DNA from: an uncultured Chloroflexia bacterium
GTDB taxonomy: Bacteria > Chloroflexota > Limnocylindria > Limnocylindrales > CSP1-4
Length of the DNA stretch: 64,000 bases
Direction of reading: 5' to 3'
Assembly (NCBI GenBank): GCA_963794525.1
Contig: CAWCEC010000003.1
Span: 124,003-188,002 of the forward strand
Of this stretch, positions 49,306 through 59,317 are shown piece by piece (position 1 is the stretch's first letter; every line of letters begins with the position of its first letter). Under the pieces are notes generated by a model that did no database searches, was not told where the DNA came from, and saw nothing but the letters and a program-made list of their open reading frames with translations. The position numbers and the translations under genes were made by a program.

Positions 49306-49866
49306 TCAGCCGTCGGTGGCGGACGCCTCCATGCGCTCGAGCAGGGCCAGCGTCGTCGCCCAGCTGCGGATGGTCATCGACTTGTAGGCCGGCGTGCCGA
49401 CGATCTTGCTGAGGCGGCTCCTGGTCCGTTGCGCGCTGAGTCGCTGTGAATAGATCACGCCGGTTCCAGGCCATACCTCGTCAACGCCGGGCCGCGGGTC
49501 GAAGACCTTCATCGCGGTCGGCGCGTCGATCCCCATCAGGAAGACCGCGTCGCTGTGGTACGTCCCCGGTCGATCGCCGAAGCCCTTGGGCCGCTTCTGG
49601 ACGACGGCCCGAAGCTGGGCACGCGTCAGGACGAGGACCGCGATCAGCTCACTGTCGAGCTTGAACGTCTTGGGGAGAGCCGCTTCGAGCTCCCGCCGGA
49701 TCGTTGCTGCAGATCGGTCAGAGCTCAGGATCACGTTACCGCTGGCGATGTATGTGGACACCTTCGTATGGCCGTGGCTCTCGAGGAGCTCGCGCAGGGC
49801 CGCCATCGGGACCTTGTTCCGGCCGCCGACGTTGATGCCGCGCAGGAGCACGAGGTATCTGGTCAT
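49306..49866 (-). CDS. DUF1697-family protein
   Basis: Full-length 186 aa (MTRYLVLLRGINVGGRNKVPMAAL). Confidence 0.8.
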   Translation of the reverse strand: MTRYLVLLRGINVGGRNKVPMAALRELLESHGHTKVSTYIASGNVILSSDRSAATIRRELEAALPKTFKLDSELIAVLVLTRAQLRAVVQKRPKGFGDRPGTYHSDAVFLMGIDAPTAMKVFDPRPGVDEVWPGTGVIYSQRLSAQRTRSRLSKIVGTPAYKSMTIRSWATTLALLERMEASATDG

Positions 49867-50067
49867 CGTGATCGGCAGGATGCCACGGCCATCGATCCGC
49901 GGGATCAGCGCCCGAAGGCGACCTTGCCTGCCGTTGGGGTCTCATCGTTTCCCGAATCCGGGGAGCGCGGCGGCCTGTCCCATCCACAACGCAGGCCAGT
50001 GTCCACGGCGTCGATCGACGGAAGTCGCCATCATCGATCCCAAACGGAGGCTGCATGAGAGCAAAGG

Positions 50068-50436
50068 ATGCCCGACGACACACGAATTGATCGCTGGTTG
50101 TGCGCGGTGCGCCTCGTCAAGACCCGGCCCATCGCGACCCAGCTGTGCGATGGCGGGCACGTCCGCGTGAACGGCAACCCGGCGAAGCCGTCGACGAAGG
50201 TTCGGGCCGGCGACGTGGTGCACGCGCTCATCGCCGAACGTGAGCGCATCGTCGAGGTCGTGCGACCGATCGAAACGCGCGTCGGAGCGCCAGTCGCCGC
50301 CACGTGCTACGTTGACAACAGCCCACCGCCGGTTATCCGAGAGATCGCGCCCGGCATCAAGGCGGTCCGGGGGGAGGGCCGGCCGAGCAAGCGTCTCCGC
50401 CGCGAGCTCGAGCGGATGCGGCGGGCCGGAGGCTAG
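50068..50436 (+). CDS. S4-domain RNA-binding protein (Hsp15/HslR-like)
   Basis: S4 motif RIDRWLCAVRLVKTRPIATQLCDGGHVRVNG. Confidence 0.8.
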   Translation: MPDDTRIDRWLCAVRLVKTRPIATQLCDGGHVRVNGNPAKPSTKVRAGDVVHALIAERERIVEVVRPIETRVGAPVAATCYVDNSPPPVIREIAPGIKAVRGEGRPSKRLRRELERMRRAGG

Positions 50437-50705
50437 GGGCCGAGCTGGCTCGCAAGCGCGCGAGTGATCAGGAAGATGGCGACGGGCAGGAGCAGCGCCG
50501 AGAGGAAGCCGCTCAGGACTTGTGGCCGCCATGGCCAGGTCGTGATGTCGGCGATCCGCTTCCGGAGATCGGTCAACCCGGCAAGGGCTTCGCTGATGAC
50601 CTTCGTCGCATCGAACTGCCCCGCGTCGACCCGTCGGTACATCTCGTCGCCAAGCCGGCGTCCTGCCTCGGCAATGACGAGACGCTCACCAGACGCCCGG
50701 GGCAT
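50433..50705 (-). CDS. hypothetical tail-anchored membrane protein
   Basis: Internal ATG at 50705. Amphipathic N-terminus and C-terminal transmembrane segment LSALLLPVAIFLITRAL. GC3 is high. The long ORF to 50840 conflicts with the upstream (+) ORF. Confidence 0.35.
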   Translation of the reverse strand: MPRASGERLVIAEAGRRLGDEMYRRVDAGQFDATKVISEALAGLTDLRKRIADITTWPWRPQVLSGFLSALLLPVAIFLITRALASQLGP

Positions 50706-50848
50706 AGAGTCTCGACATGGCAGAGCGCTCACGCCCTCCGAAGCAGGAGTCCCAGCCGCTTCCGAGTCCCGGACGGTTCGACGCCACGATCCACCCAGGC
50801 TTCGGTCGCAAGAGCCTCCACGAGCTCGACGGGGAGCCACTGGACCGC

Positions 50849-51076
50849 ATGCCCGATCGATATGGCCGTCTGAGGGTGCTGATCACCGCCGAGGGGATCG
50901 TCGACCTCGTCGACCGAGGCTACGAGGTCCGCATCCGTCGACATCACCCCATCCAAGGGTCCCCGCGTGAACTGATCGCCACGGATGCGTCCGTCGAGCG
51001 GTGGCTCGAGGAAACGTTTGGTGACCTTCCTCAGGAGCCGCCGACGAACGCCTCCCGCAGGACGAAGCCGCGATGA
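50849..51076 (+). CDS. hypothetical small protein, translationally coupled to the M14 peptidase gene
   Basis: Internal ATG chosen to avoid overlap with the divergent gene. Its stop overlaps the M14 start (ATGA). Confidence 0.3.
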   Translation: MPDRYGRLRVLITAEGIVDLVDRGYEVRIRRHHPIQGSPRELIATDASVERWLEETFGDLPQEPPTNASRRTKPR

Positions 51077-52615
51077 CGGCGGTCTACCGGACGGCCGATC
51101 AGATTGACGCCATCATGCTGCACCTGGCGAACCACTTCCCGTTCCTGTGCGAGCGACGGGAACTGCCCCATGGAACAGAAGGGGGTCGCTCGGTCTACGC
51201 GCTCAAAATCGCATCCGGCGGCGGCTCGGGTCGGCGGGCCTTCCTCGCGGTCGGCGGGATGCATGCCCGGGAGTACATGAACCCCGACGCGATCATCGAG
51301 CTCGCCGGCGACCTCGTGCGGGCGTACCTGCTCGGCCACGGCATCACGTACAAGGGCTCGACCGGCACCCAGGGCCGCACCTGGACGGCCCAGGACGTCA
51401 GGCTGATGGTCGAGACGCTCGACATCTGGTTCATCCCGACCGCCAATCCCGATGGCCGGGATTACGCGATGGATCACGACGACATGTGGCGCATGAACCG
51501 CCACGACAACGACAACTCGCCGTGCTTCGGCGTCGACGTCAACCGAAACTTCGATATCGCATGGGCCACCACCACATCGGCGACGTCGTGCACCGTCTGT
51601 GATCCGAAATCAGGTTTACTGCGGCCCTCGCGCCTTCTCCGAGCCGGAAGCTCGCAACGTCCGGACCTTCGTGGAGACGTTCAATATCAACGTCTTCGTG
51701 GACGTGCACTCTTTTAAGGAGTGGATCATGTATCCGTGGGGCCACGCGCCCCTCCAGACCACGGACCCGGCCCAGAACTTCAAGACCCTCGCCTCCGGAA
51801 GCTGCGCCTGGTTGAACCCGCCGAAGTACAAGGAGTACATCCCGTCGGCGGATCTGCGGCGCTACCAGACGGTCGCCCAGAGGGTCGTCAACTCGGTCCG
51901 GATGGTCCGAGGACGAAACTACACGCCGAATCCCATCAACTCGATCTACCCGACGGGCGCCTCGGGGACGAGCTCCGACTACGTCTACAGCCAGCATATG
52001 CGGGACCCGGCACTCCACAAGACCTATGCCTTCGCCTTCGAGTGTGGTCAGAAAACAGGCAACGACCAGGAGGACTTCCACCCTTCGACTGAACCCCGGC
52101 TGGCCGACACCAAGAAGGACACGAAGGCGGCCATCCTGGCCCTCATCGAGCAGACGGTCTGCGCGATCGAGTTCATCGGCGTGTCGCTCTTTGACAACGT
52201 TCGAGATGTCCAGACGATCCGATCGCTGCGGGACACGACGCTCGCGACAACCGATGCCGGCCAGGGCTGGATCGAGCTCTTCGACCGCGTCCAGCGACCG
52301 GTCCTCGCCGCCGTCCTCGAGGACGAGGAGCTGCAGCGGGAGGCGGCCGAGCTCCTCGGGCGAGCAACCGAGCTGATCGATGGCGACTCCAGCAAGCTGA
52401 CCGCCGACGACGTCGCCCGCGCGAAGAGCTTCGTCCGACGCGTGTCCCGGCGCATTGAGGACCCTGAAGTCAAACGCGGCCTGGCCCAGGTCCAGAAGCG
52501 GCTTGCCGCGGCCCAGGGGCGGACAGTCTCCAGGGTCGTGGCGACACTCATGCGTGAGGCGCCGACCATTCCTTCGACCAAACGGAAGCGACGCCCGGCG
52601 AAGTCCGACCGATGA
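51073..52615 (+). pseudogene. M14-family zinc carboxypeptidase with a C-terminal extension; single frameshift near 51600-51615
   Basis: HxxE zinc motif GGMHAREYMNPD and VDVNRNF in frame 1. It continues in another frame from CGPRAFSEPEARNVRTFVETFNINVFVDVHSF. Confidence 0.7.
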
Positions 52616-52827
52616 TCCAGCCGAATTCTACGGATTGATCCGTCAATTCGTTGCACTTGCCCGGGCAGACCTGCGCATCCCGGCTCGATCCCGAGGTGGT
52701 GAGCGAGCCGCTCCGCAGACATAACTCACCTTATCGGAAGCGAAGTGACCCACCAGTGGTCCGCAAGAAGGACGCCCTGGTCGGCCACTAGAAGCTGCAC
52801 CCGCGGCAATCACCCGCGAAGGGAATT
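52616..52827. other. low-GC non-coding block sharing short motifs with 55083-55535
   Basis: CCTTATCGG-NN-GCGAAG occurs at 52729 and 55191; GAAGGA-N-CCTGGTC occurs at 52767 and 55107. Confidence 0.3.
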
Positions 52828-53079
52828 TCAATGCTCGTCCCGCTGCTTGCGGACGATCGACGCCCAGTCAGGCATCGGCCCGCCCGAGAACGCCTGCTTC
52901 CAGTGGTCCGGCATCGGCACCGAGGGCCTGGATCGTCGCAGCACTTCCGCGCGGTCGGCTTCTTCAAGAACGTGCTGCGTCCCGACCTTGCGGGCGCGCA
53001 GCTTGCCTTCTCGGATCCACCGACGGATCGTCGCGGGATTGCGGCCAGCGCGGCGAGCGGCTTCGGACACTGTCAGCAT
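52828..53079 (-). CDS. helix-turn-helix DNA-binding protein (excisionase / MerR-superfamily type)
   Basis: 83 aa. HTH at the N-terminus: LTVSEAARRAGRNPATIRRWIREGKLRARKVG. Confidence 0.6.
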   Translation of the reverse strand: MLTVSEAARRAGRNPATIRRWIREGKLRARKVGTQHVLEEADRAEVLRRSRPSVPMPDHWKQAFSGGPMPDWASIVRKQRDEH

Positions 53080-53226
53080 CGCTGCAAACTACAACAGAGT
53101 CCGCTCGCCGCGAGCAACACCGCGTTCCAGAAGGGGGAAGCCGTCACAACGCACAGATGTTCTAGTCTGCCCGCCTCCTACGCCAGCGCTTCCCTGTCCT
53201 GACGCTTCCCTGCGGACCCCACGCCC

Positions 53227-54045
53227 CTACGGCCGGCAGGCGAACGCGAAGTAGATCGGGATGTCGAGTCCGATATGCACCGCGATCGGGATCAGTAATG
53301 AGCGCGTCCGGATCGCGACGAGGCCCGCCAGCAGACCGCCGAGGCCCATCGCCAGCATCAACGGCAGGCGGAAGCCGATGACGTCCGTGCCGGAGTGCGC
53401 GAGACCGAACACGACCGCCTGCCCGACCAGCGCCGGGCCGACACCCATCACCCGACCCGACCAGCCCATCAGTGCGCCGCGGTAGATGAGCTCCTCCATC
53501 ACGCCGTTCGACACCGCGAAGATCAGCGCGGGAACCAGGGCGCCGGCCAGGATCACGTACGACACGTCGCCGAAGAACGGGCGGGCGAGGTACGGCCCGA
53601 CCAGCAACGCGACGGGACCGGCCACGAGGAAGCCGGCGATCGCCCAGGCGAGCCAGCGCCTGGCCGGCCAGCGCAGGTAGAGCGATCCAGGCACGGCCTT
53701 GAGGACCAGCGCCACGATCGCCAGGCTGACCAGCACGACGACCGCCTCGAGCGCCCGCCACGACGCGACCGGCGATGCCGGGTTCGCGCAGTCCCCGAGC
53801 TCAGCGGCGGCGAGGGGCGACCCGAGCGTGCCCCAGAACAGGCTCACCGCCACGGGTACGGCGCCGGCCCACGTCCAGCGGACCGGGGCGTTGCGGGACA
53901 CCGCGATCGCGGTGCCCGTCGCGATGATGATCAGCGCCGCGATCCGCATCGGCGGCACCACGGAGGCCACCGACAGCAAGGCGATCGGGACGAGCGACCG
54001 CGCCAGATCGGCCGGGTCGAACGGCAGGGTCCGGGTGGAGGCCAC
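53227..54045 (-). CDS. CPBP-family (CAAX) intramembrane metalloprotease
   Basis: Motifs EELIYRGALMGW and FGLAHSG, HIGLD. Confidence 0.8.
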   Translation of the reverse strand: MASTRTLPFDPADLARSLVPIALLSVASVVPPMRIAALIIIATGTAIAVSRNAPVRWTWAGAVPVAVSLFWGTLGSPLAAAELGDCANPASPVASWRALEAVVVLVSLAIVALVLKAVPGSLYLRWPARRWLAWAIAGFLVAGPVALLVGPYLARPFFGDVSYVILAGALVPALIFAVSNGVMEELIYRGALMGWSGRVMGVGPALVGQAVVFGLAHSGTDVIGFRLPLMLAMGLGGLLAGLVAIRTRSLLIPIAVHIGLDIPIYFAFACRP

Positions 54046-54046
54046 G

Positions 54047-55012
54047 CTAGACGTTGCTGCCGGTGACGATCACGAGCGCCGGTCCATCCTGCGAGGCGCC
54101 GGCCAGCAACCCCGCCCACGACGCCGCAGCGGCGCCCTCCACGGTGATGCCCAGCACGTCGGTCAGCTCCGCTTGCGCCTCGTGGAGCGCCGCCTCGCTC
54201 ACGGTCAGCATCGCATCGACCCGACCGGCCATCAGCTCGACCGCACGCGGGATCGCGATGCGCGAGGCGATGCCATCGGCATACGTGGCGGCCGCGTCGG
54301 TGTCGATGGGCCGCCCGGCCGCGAACGATCTCGTCATGGCGTCAGCGCCCGCAGCCTGGACGCCGACGATGCGGGTCGATGGGGACGCGTGCCGGAGCCA
54401 CGACCCGACGCCGTTGATGAGCGCGCCGTTACCGACCGGCACCGAGGCGACCGCCACTGTCGGCAGCGCACCAGCGTCGATCGCGTCGGTCAGCTCGAGC
54501 GCCATGGTCGCCGCTCCTGTGGAGATGCGCGGATCGTCGCCATCGACCAGCAGCTCGGCGCCGTGCTCGTCGGCGTACGCCTCCGACGCCAGACGGGCAT
54601 CGTCGAAGTCCTCCCCCGACTCGATGACGGTCGCACCGAGGGCGCGCATCCGGGCGATCTTGCCGCGATTCGCGTTGCGCGACGTGAACACGACCGCCGG
54701 CGCGCCGACCGCGCGCGCGGCGTACGCCACGCCCTGCCCGAAGTTGCCTGCCGACGCGACCACCACCGCGCGATCCGGCCCGATCCTCCCCTCCCCCGCC
54801 AGGCCATGGACTGCCACCCACGTCCCGCGACCCTTGAACGAGCGGATGGGGTTCACGGTCTCGACCTTGACGATGACGGGCACGCCGAGCCGCGCGCTCA
54901 GCCCGTCGTGGACGAACTGGGGCGATCGCGTGAATGCTGGATCGATCTCGCCGGCCGCCGCGCGGATGGTCTCGGGCGTGAGTTCGGGCGTGAAGGCTGG
55001 GGCATCCGGCAT
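54047..55012 (-). CDS. PLP-dependent threonine/serine dehydratase (threonine ammonia-lyase-like, no ACT domain)
   Basis: PLP lysine context NPIRSFKGRG; glycine loops (ASAGNFGQGVAYAA, PVGNGALI). Start at internal MPDAPAF; the upstream ORF extension has no support. Confidence 0.8.
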   Translation of the reverse strand: MPDAPAFTPELTPETIRAAAGEIDPAFTRSPQFVHDGLSARLGVPVIVKVETVNPIRSFKGRGTWVAVHGLAGEGRIGPDRAVVVASAGNFGQGVAYAARAVGAPAVVFTSRNANRGKIARMRALGATVIESGEDFDDARLASEAYADEHGAELLVDGDDPRISTGAATMALELTDAIDAGALPTVAVASVPVGNGALINGVGSWLRHASPSTRIVGVQAAGADAMTRSFAAGRPIDTDAAATYADGIASRIAIPRAVELMAGRVDAMLTVSEAALHEAQAELTDVLGITVEGAAAASWAGLLAGASQDGPALVIVTGSNV

Positions 55013-55082
55013 CAGCCGATGATGCCACGGGCCTCGGTCAGCACGGGAGGGAAAGGAGCAGGGTTCCCTACGCGCTCGCGCG

Positions 55083-55535
55083 ATGGGCGGACAAAGAGAA
55101 ACGCCCGAAGGAACCTGGTCCGTAGCCATCAATACCGATGCAGAACACCGGTACCGCTGCTTTCGGTCCACGCCCCTTCAGGCACGACTACCTTATCGGT
55201 TGCGAAGCGGGTCTGGGAACCCGTTTATCCACGAGTTTCGAGATTTCAGGCCCGAATGTCGCCCTATCTATCCACCGTCCGTCCACCATGGCGCGGGACG
55301 GGTGTCAAGGGGGTGCACACGAAAAGGCCCGACGAGGGCGCACACGAAAACGCCCGAAGGAACTCGATCACTAGTTGCCCCGACCAATGTAAACACCAGT
55401 CAGATCACTAGATGTTCGTGCCCCTTCGAGCAACGCGAACGATACGGTGCGCCCCATCACCGCGGCAAGGTGGTTATCCACGAGATTCATCGCAAACACA
55501 TCGTTTTCGAAGGCGTTGTCCACACGCTTCCCACA
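55083..55535. other. low-GC (about 50-55%) non-coding block with internal repeats; candidate structured ncRNA or integration remnant
   Basis: No long ORF. Repeated units include GAAAACGCCCGAAGGAAC (55096 and 55345), TTATCCACGAG-TT (55228 and 55465), a tandem CACACGAAAAGGCCCGACGAGG / CACACGAAAACGCCCGAAGG, and GATCACTAG twice. No tmRNA, RNase P or tRNA signature found by eye. Confidence 0.3.
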
Positions 55536-56102
55536 CTACGGCTCGAGCGGCCACGCGACGTCGTCGGTCAGCAGCGGTCGCCCGTCATCGCCGACCGTGA
55601 GGCGCCGCTCGTCGGTGCCGTCCATGTCGCGCAGGTGCCAGGCGTGACGAGCGGTGCGCTCCACGTTCCAGCGCGCCGGTCGGGGATCGAGCGCATCGTC
55701 GATCCGTAGGACGTCGAGCACCCGAGTCGCCCCGACGACGAGGGTCCCGGCCAGCCGCCGCAGCGTGATCGTCGCCGACGCCGGCGAGCCGAAGATCAGC
55801 AGCTCGTGTTCACCGCTCCAGGGGAACGCCAGGTGACGGATCCCATCCGCCCCGACCACGTTGCCGTGCAGCTCCGACTCGTCAGGCTCCGGGTGGAGCG
55901 TCAGCAATCCGGCCGTGGCGGTCATCTCGAGTCGGGTCGGTCGACCGGCGGTCGACACCTCGAGGAGCAGCGACCGGATCAGCGCACCGTCGCGAACGAG
56001 CGACTCCCGCCAGCGCGTGCCACGGGCGCCCTCGGCCTCGGACCAGACCAGCTGCTCGCCGCCGATCGTCGTCGCGCGCCCGCCACGACGGACCGGCGCC
56101 AC
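55536..56102 (-). CDS. hypothetical protein
   Basis: GTG start 17 nt after the hflX stop; very high GC3; no family recognised. Confidence 0.4.
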   Translation of the reverse strand: MAPVRRGGRATTIGGEQLVWSEAEGARGTRWRESLVRDGALIRSLLLEVSTAGRPTRLEMTATAGLLTLHPEPDESELHGNVVGADGIRHLAFPWSGEHELLIFGSPASATITLRRLAGTLVVGATRVLDVLRIDDALDPRPARWNVERTARHAWHLRDMDGTDERRLTVGDDGRPLLTDDVAWPLEP

Positions 56103-56119
56103 GCCGCTGCGCGCCCCCG

Positions 56120-57506
56120 TCAGCCGGCCCGGCGGCGAGCGGGCGCGGCCGGGGCTGCGGCGGCGGCCGTCCCGCCGGCAGCGGCTGTCGTCACATCTGC
56201 CCCGGACCCGTTCATGGCATCGGCCCAGCGACCGGCAGCCGCTTCCAGCTCGCCGGCCAGCGACGGCGCCACGCGTCCCCGGACGTGGACATCGCGCTCG
56301 CGATACTCGATCTCGATGGTCCCGCGCTCGCGCACGCGCGCCAGCAACTCTCCGTCGGCGTACGGCAGCGCGACATCGACGTCGACCCACAGCGATGCCA
56401 GCAAGGCGGCGATCTCGGCCCGCAGCGTCTCCATGCCGTAGCCGGTGAGCGCTGACACGAGGACCGCCCCCGCGATCGACGGTGCGACAGCCGTCCCGTC
56501 CGCGGCCACCCGCTCGATCAGGTCTGCCTTGTTGTGCACCACCAACCGCGGCTTGTCCCCTGCCCCGAGCTCGTCGAGCACGGTCTGGACGGTCAGGCGG
56601 TGCTCCGCGGCGTGCGGATCGGCCGCGTCGATGACCTCGAGCAGCACGTCGGCGCGGTTGACCTCCTCGAGCGTGGCACGGAACGCATCGACCAGCTGGT
56701 GCGGCAGCTTGTGGATGAAGCCCACGGTGTCGGTCACGATGGCGGTCTGGCCATCACCGAGCTTGACCTGCCGGCTGGTCGGGTCGAGCGTCGCAAAGAG
56801 CTTGTCCTCGGCGCGGGCCACCTCCGACCCGACGAGCGTGTTCAGCAGCGTCGACTTGCCGGCGTTCGTGTAGCCGACGATGCCGACCGTCGGCCACAAC
56901 CGCCGATCGCGGCCGCGGGCCGCGGTCGCGCGATGCTGGCGGACCTGTTCGACCCGCTCCTTCATCTTGGCGATCCGGGTCCGGATGACGCGGCGGTCGG
57001 TCTCGAGCTGGCTCTCACCGGGTCCACGCGATCCGATGCCACCCTGGGTCCGCGACAGGTGGGTCCACAGCCTGGTCAACCTGGGGAGCTGGTACTCGAG
57101 CTGGGCGAGCTCGACCTGGAGACGACCCTCGTGGGTCTGGGCGTGCTGCGCGAAGATGTCGAGGATCAGCCGGCTGCGGTCGATGACCTTGACGCGCAGC
57201 AGCTCCTCGAGCGCGCGCTGCTGAGCGGGCGATAGCTCGTCGTCCGCGATGAGCATGTCGAACCCGGTCTCGCGCTTGGCGGATGCCAGCTCCTCGGCCT
57301 TGCCCTTTGCCGATGTACCAATTCGGGTCGACGTGGCGGCGGTTCTGCCACTCGGCGCCCACGACGTCTGCCCCGGCCGTGACGGCCAGGTTGGCAAGCT
57401 CGGTGAGCGATTCCTGTGCGGTCCAGCCGTCCTCACCGCCGGTATCGACGGCGACGAGGAAGACCTTCTCGACCGGTGGTTCGAGATCGATAAGGTGTCG
57501 GGCCAT
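56120..57506 (-). pseudogene. hflX: GTPase HflX, single frameshift at a G homopolymer near 57303-57308 (probable sequencing indel)
   Basis: HflX N-terminal domain ([24 protein letters not shown]...NWYIGKG) in one frame. The G-domain ([21 protein letters not shown]) continues in the 56120-57739 frame. AAAGGGCAAGGCC should read AAAGGCAAGGCC to give GKGKAEEL. Confidence 0.8.
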
Positions 57507-57596
57507 GGGCCTGCAGGATACCGTGAGCGTTCGAGACGAGCGGTAGACGCCCCTGCAAGGGTCACCGCAGCACGATCGTGTGCGAGGAGGTGCCCA

Positions 57597-57812
57597 GTGA
57601 CCGACCCACGCTTGCACAGCACCAAGCCGATCGACGACGAAGTCCCGTTCGAGGACGCCAAGGAGGTCGACCGCGACGAAGCGCCACAGGACGAGGACGC
57701 GTTGGTGACGCCGGCAGCCGCTGAGCGGCAGCGCGTCATGCCGGACCGCGATGTCGAGCCGTCTGCGCGTCAATCCGACGATCTCGTCGAGGACAAGGGG
57801 GAGGCCTCGTGA
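57597..57812 (+). CDS. small acidic hypothetical protein
   Basis: GTG start with GAGGAGG 6 nt upstream; 71 aa, Asp/Glu-rich. Overlaps the next gene by 4 bp. Confidence 0.35.
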   Translation: MTDPRLHSTKPIDDEVPFEDAKEVDRDEAPQDEDALVTPAAAERQRVMPDRDVEPSARQSDDLVEDKGEAS

Positions 57813-58372
57813 CCGAGGAGCGCAGGGCCACCCGGGAGGCAGCCGATGACCTGCCGCTGGATGATGTGCTCGAGGTCCAGGGTGACGCGCTACCGGCCGA
57901 GCAGGACGCCGTGATCTCGCCCGACGAGATGGAGCACGCGCGTCCGGCCACCCGCACCGAATTCGACCGGGGCGAGGACTCGGTCGGCACCAGCTCGAAC
58001 GATGTGACTTCCCTCGACGGTCTCGCCCTGGACGACCTGCGCGAGGGCGAGACCGACGACCCTGACGTCGCCGCGGAGGAAGGGCTTGCCTACGTCGCAC
58101 CGACCGCGCCACCGCTGGCGTTCGACGACGAGGATGACGAGCTCGCTACCGAATCGGACCTGACAGCCCAGATCCGGGACGCGCTCCGCGCCGACGCGGC
58201 GACGACCGAGCTGGCCGATCGGCTGGTGATCGGGACGCGCGGCTCGACGGTCGTGATCCGAGGCGTCCTGGACGGCATCGAGGACAGCGACGCGATCGTC
58301 GAGGTCGTCGAGCGGGTCGAAGGCGTCGAGAACGTCGTCGACCAGACGGACCTGGCCCAGGCCAGTCGCTAG
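57809..58372 (+). CDS. acidic protein with a C-terminal BON domain
   Basis: BON-like region LADRLVIGTRGSTVVIRGVLDGIEDSDAIVEVVERVEGVENV. Confidence 0.6.
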   Translation: MTEERRATREAADDLPLDDVLEVQGDALPAEQDAVISPDEMEHARPATRTEFDRGEDSVGTSSNDVTSLDGLALDDLREGETDDPDVAAEEGLAYVAPTAPPLAFDDEDDELATESDLTAQIRDALRADAATTELADRLVIGTRGSTVVIRGVLDGIEDSDAIVEVVERVEGVENVVDQTDLAQASR

Positions 58373-59297
58373 TCGACGATCGAGCGGACGAGCCCGAGGC
58401 TCCGCTCGAAGGGGTCGCCGGTGGTGACGTCGAGCCAGGCGATGTCGGGCTCCGATCGGAACCACGTCCGCTGGCGCTTGGCGAAGGTCACGTTCCGGGC
58501 GGCGTCGTCGGCGATGGCCCCCTCGAGCGTCCGCTGGCCATCGGCGACAGCCCACGCCTCCCGGTAGCCGATCGCGGAGAACGCCGGCAGCGACGGATCG
58601 AACCGCTCTCGGAGGGCCACGGCCTCGTCGACCAGCCCGGCGTCGAATTGGCCACGCGCCCGCTCGGTGATCCTGCGAGCGTGCTCATCGCGATCGAGGT
58701 CGAGCCCGATCCACGTCACGGGGCCGCCATAGCCTTGCGGCCGTGGTCGCGGCCCATCACCGCGCAGCTCGGCGATCTCCAGCGCCCGGATGACCCGCCG
58801 TGGATTGGCGAGATGGATCTCGGCGGCGAGCGTCGGCGCCGTCGACTGCAGCCGCGCAGTCAGCGGTTCCAGTCCCTCTGCTGCGAACTCCGCCTCGAGC
58901 CTGGCACGGACGGCGGGGTCATCCGGCAGGGCCCCGAGGTCGAGGCCGCGCGCGACGGCACGGAGATACAGCCCGGTCCCACCGACGAGGAGGGCGACGC
59001 CGTCGCGATCCGCGAGGTCGGCGAGCATGCGGGTCGCGTGCGCGACGAAATCGGACAGGGCGAAGCGCTCGTCCGGCTCGACGAGGTCGAGGCCTGCGTG
59101 CGGCACTCGCGCCCGATCGGCGGCGGTCACCTTGGCCGTCCCGATATCGAGGCCGCGGTAGACCTGCCGCGAGTCGGCCGAGATGACAGTCGCGGGCCGC
59201 CCCTCGCCGATCAGCGTCTCCGCGAGCCGGATGCCAGTTTGGTCTTGCCGGTCGCGGTGGGGCCGGCGACGACGATGAGCGGTGGACGGCTGGCCAT
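58369..59297 (-). pseudogene. miaA: tRNA dimethylallyltransferase MiaA, single frameshift near 59225-59231 (probable sequencing indel)
   Basis: True N-terminus MASRPPLIVVAGPTATGKTKLA lies in another frame, starting at the minus-strand ATG at 59297. The rest of the protein (ISADSRQVYRGLDIGTAK...) is in the 58369-59319 frame. Confidence 0.8.
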
Positions 59298-59317
59298 GGC
59301 CGCATACTGCACGGCCC

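Noticed and set aside
55083-55535. tmRNA, RNase P RNA or SRP RNA in the low-GC non-coding block
   Set aside because: None of the signatures is present: no GGAAAGTCCGG / ACAGAACCCGGCTTA (RNase P), no tRNA-like 3' end with GGTTCGA-TCC...CCA or tag ORF ending ALAA (tmRNA), no SRP domain IV motif. It is kept only as an unclassified candidate ncRNA or remnant.
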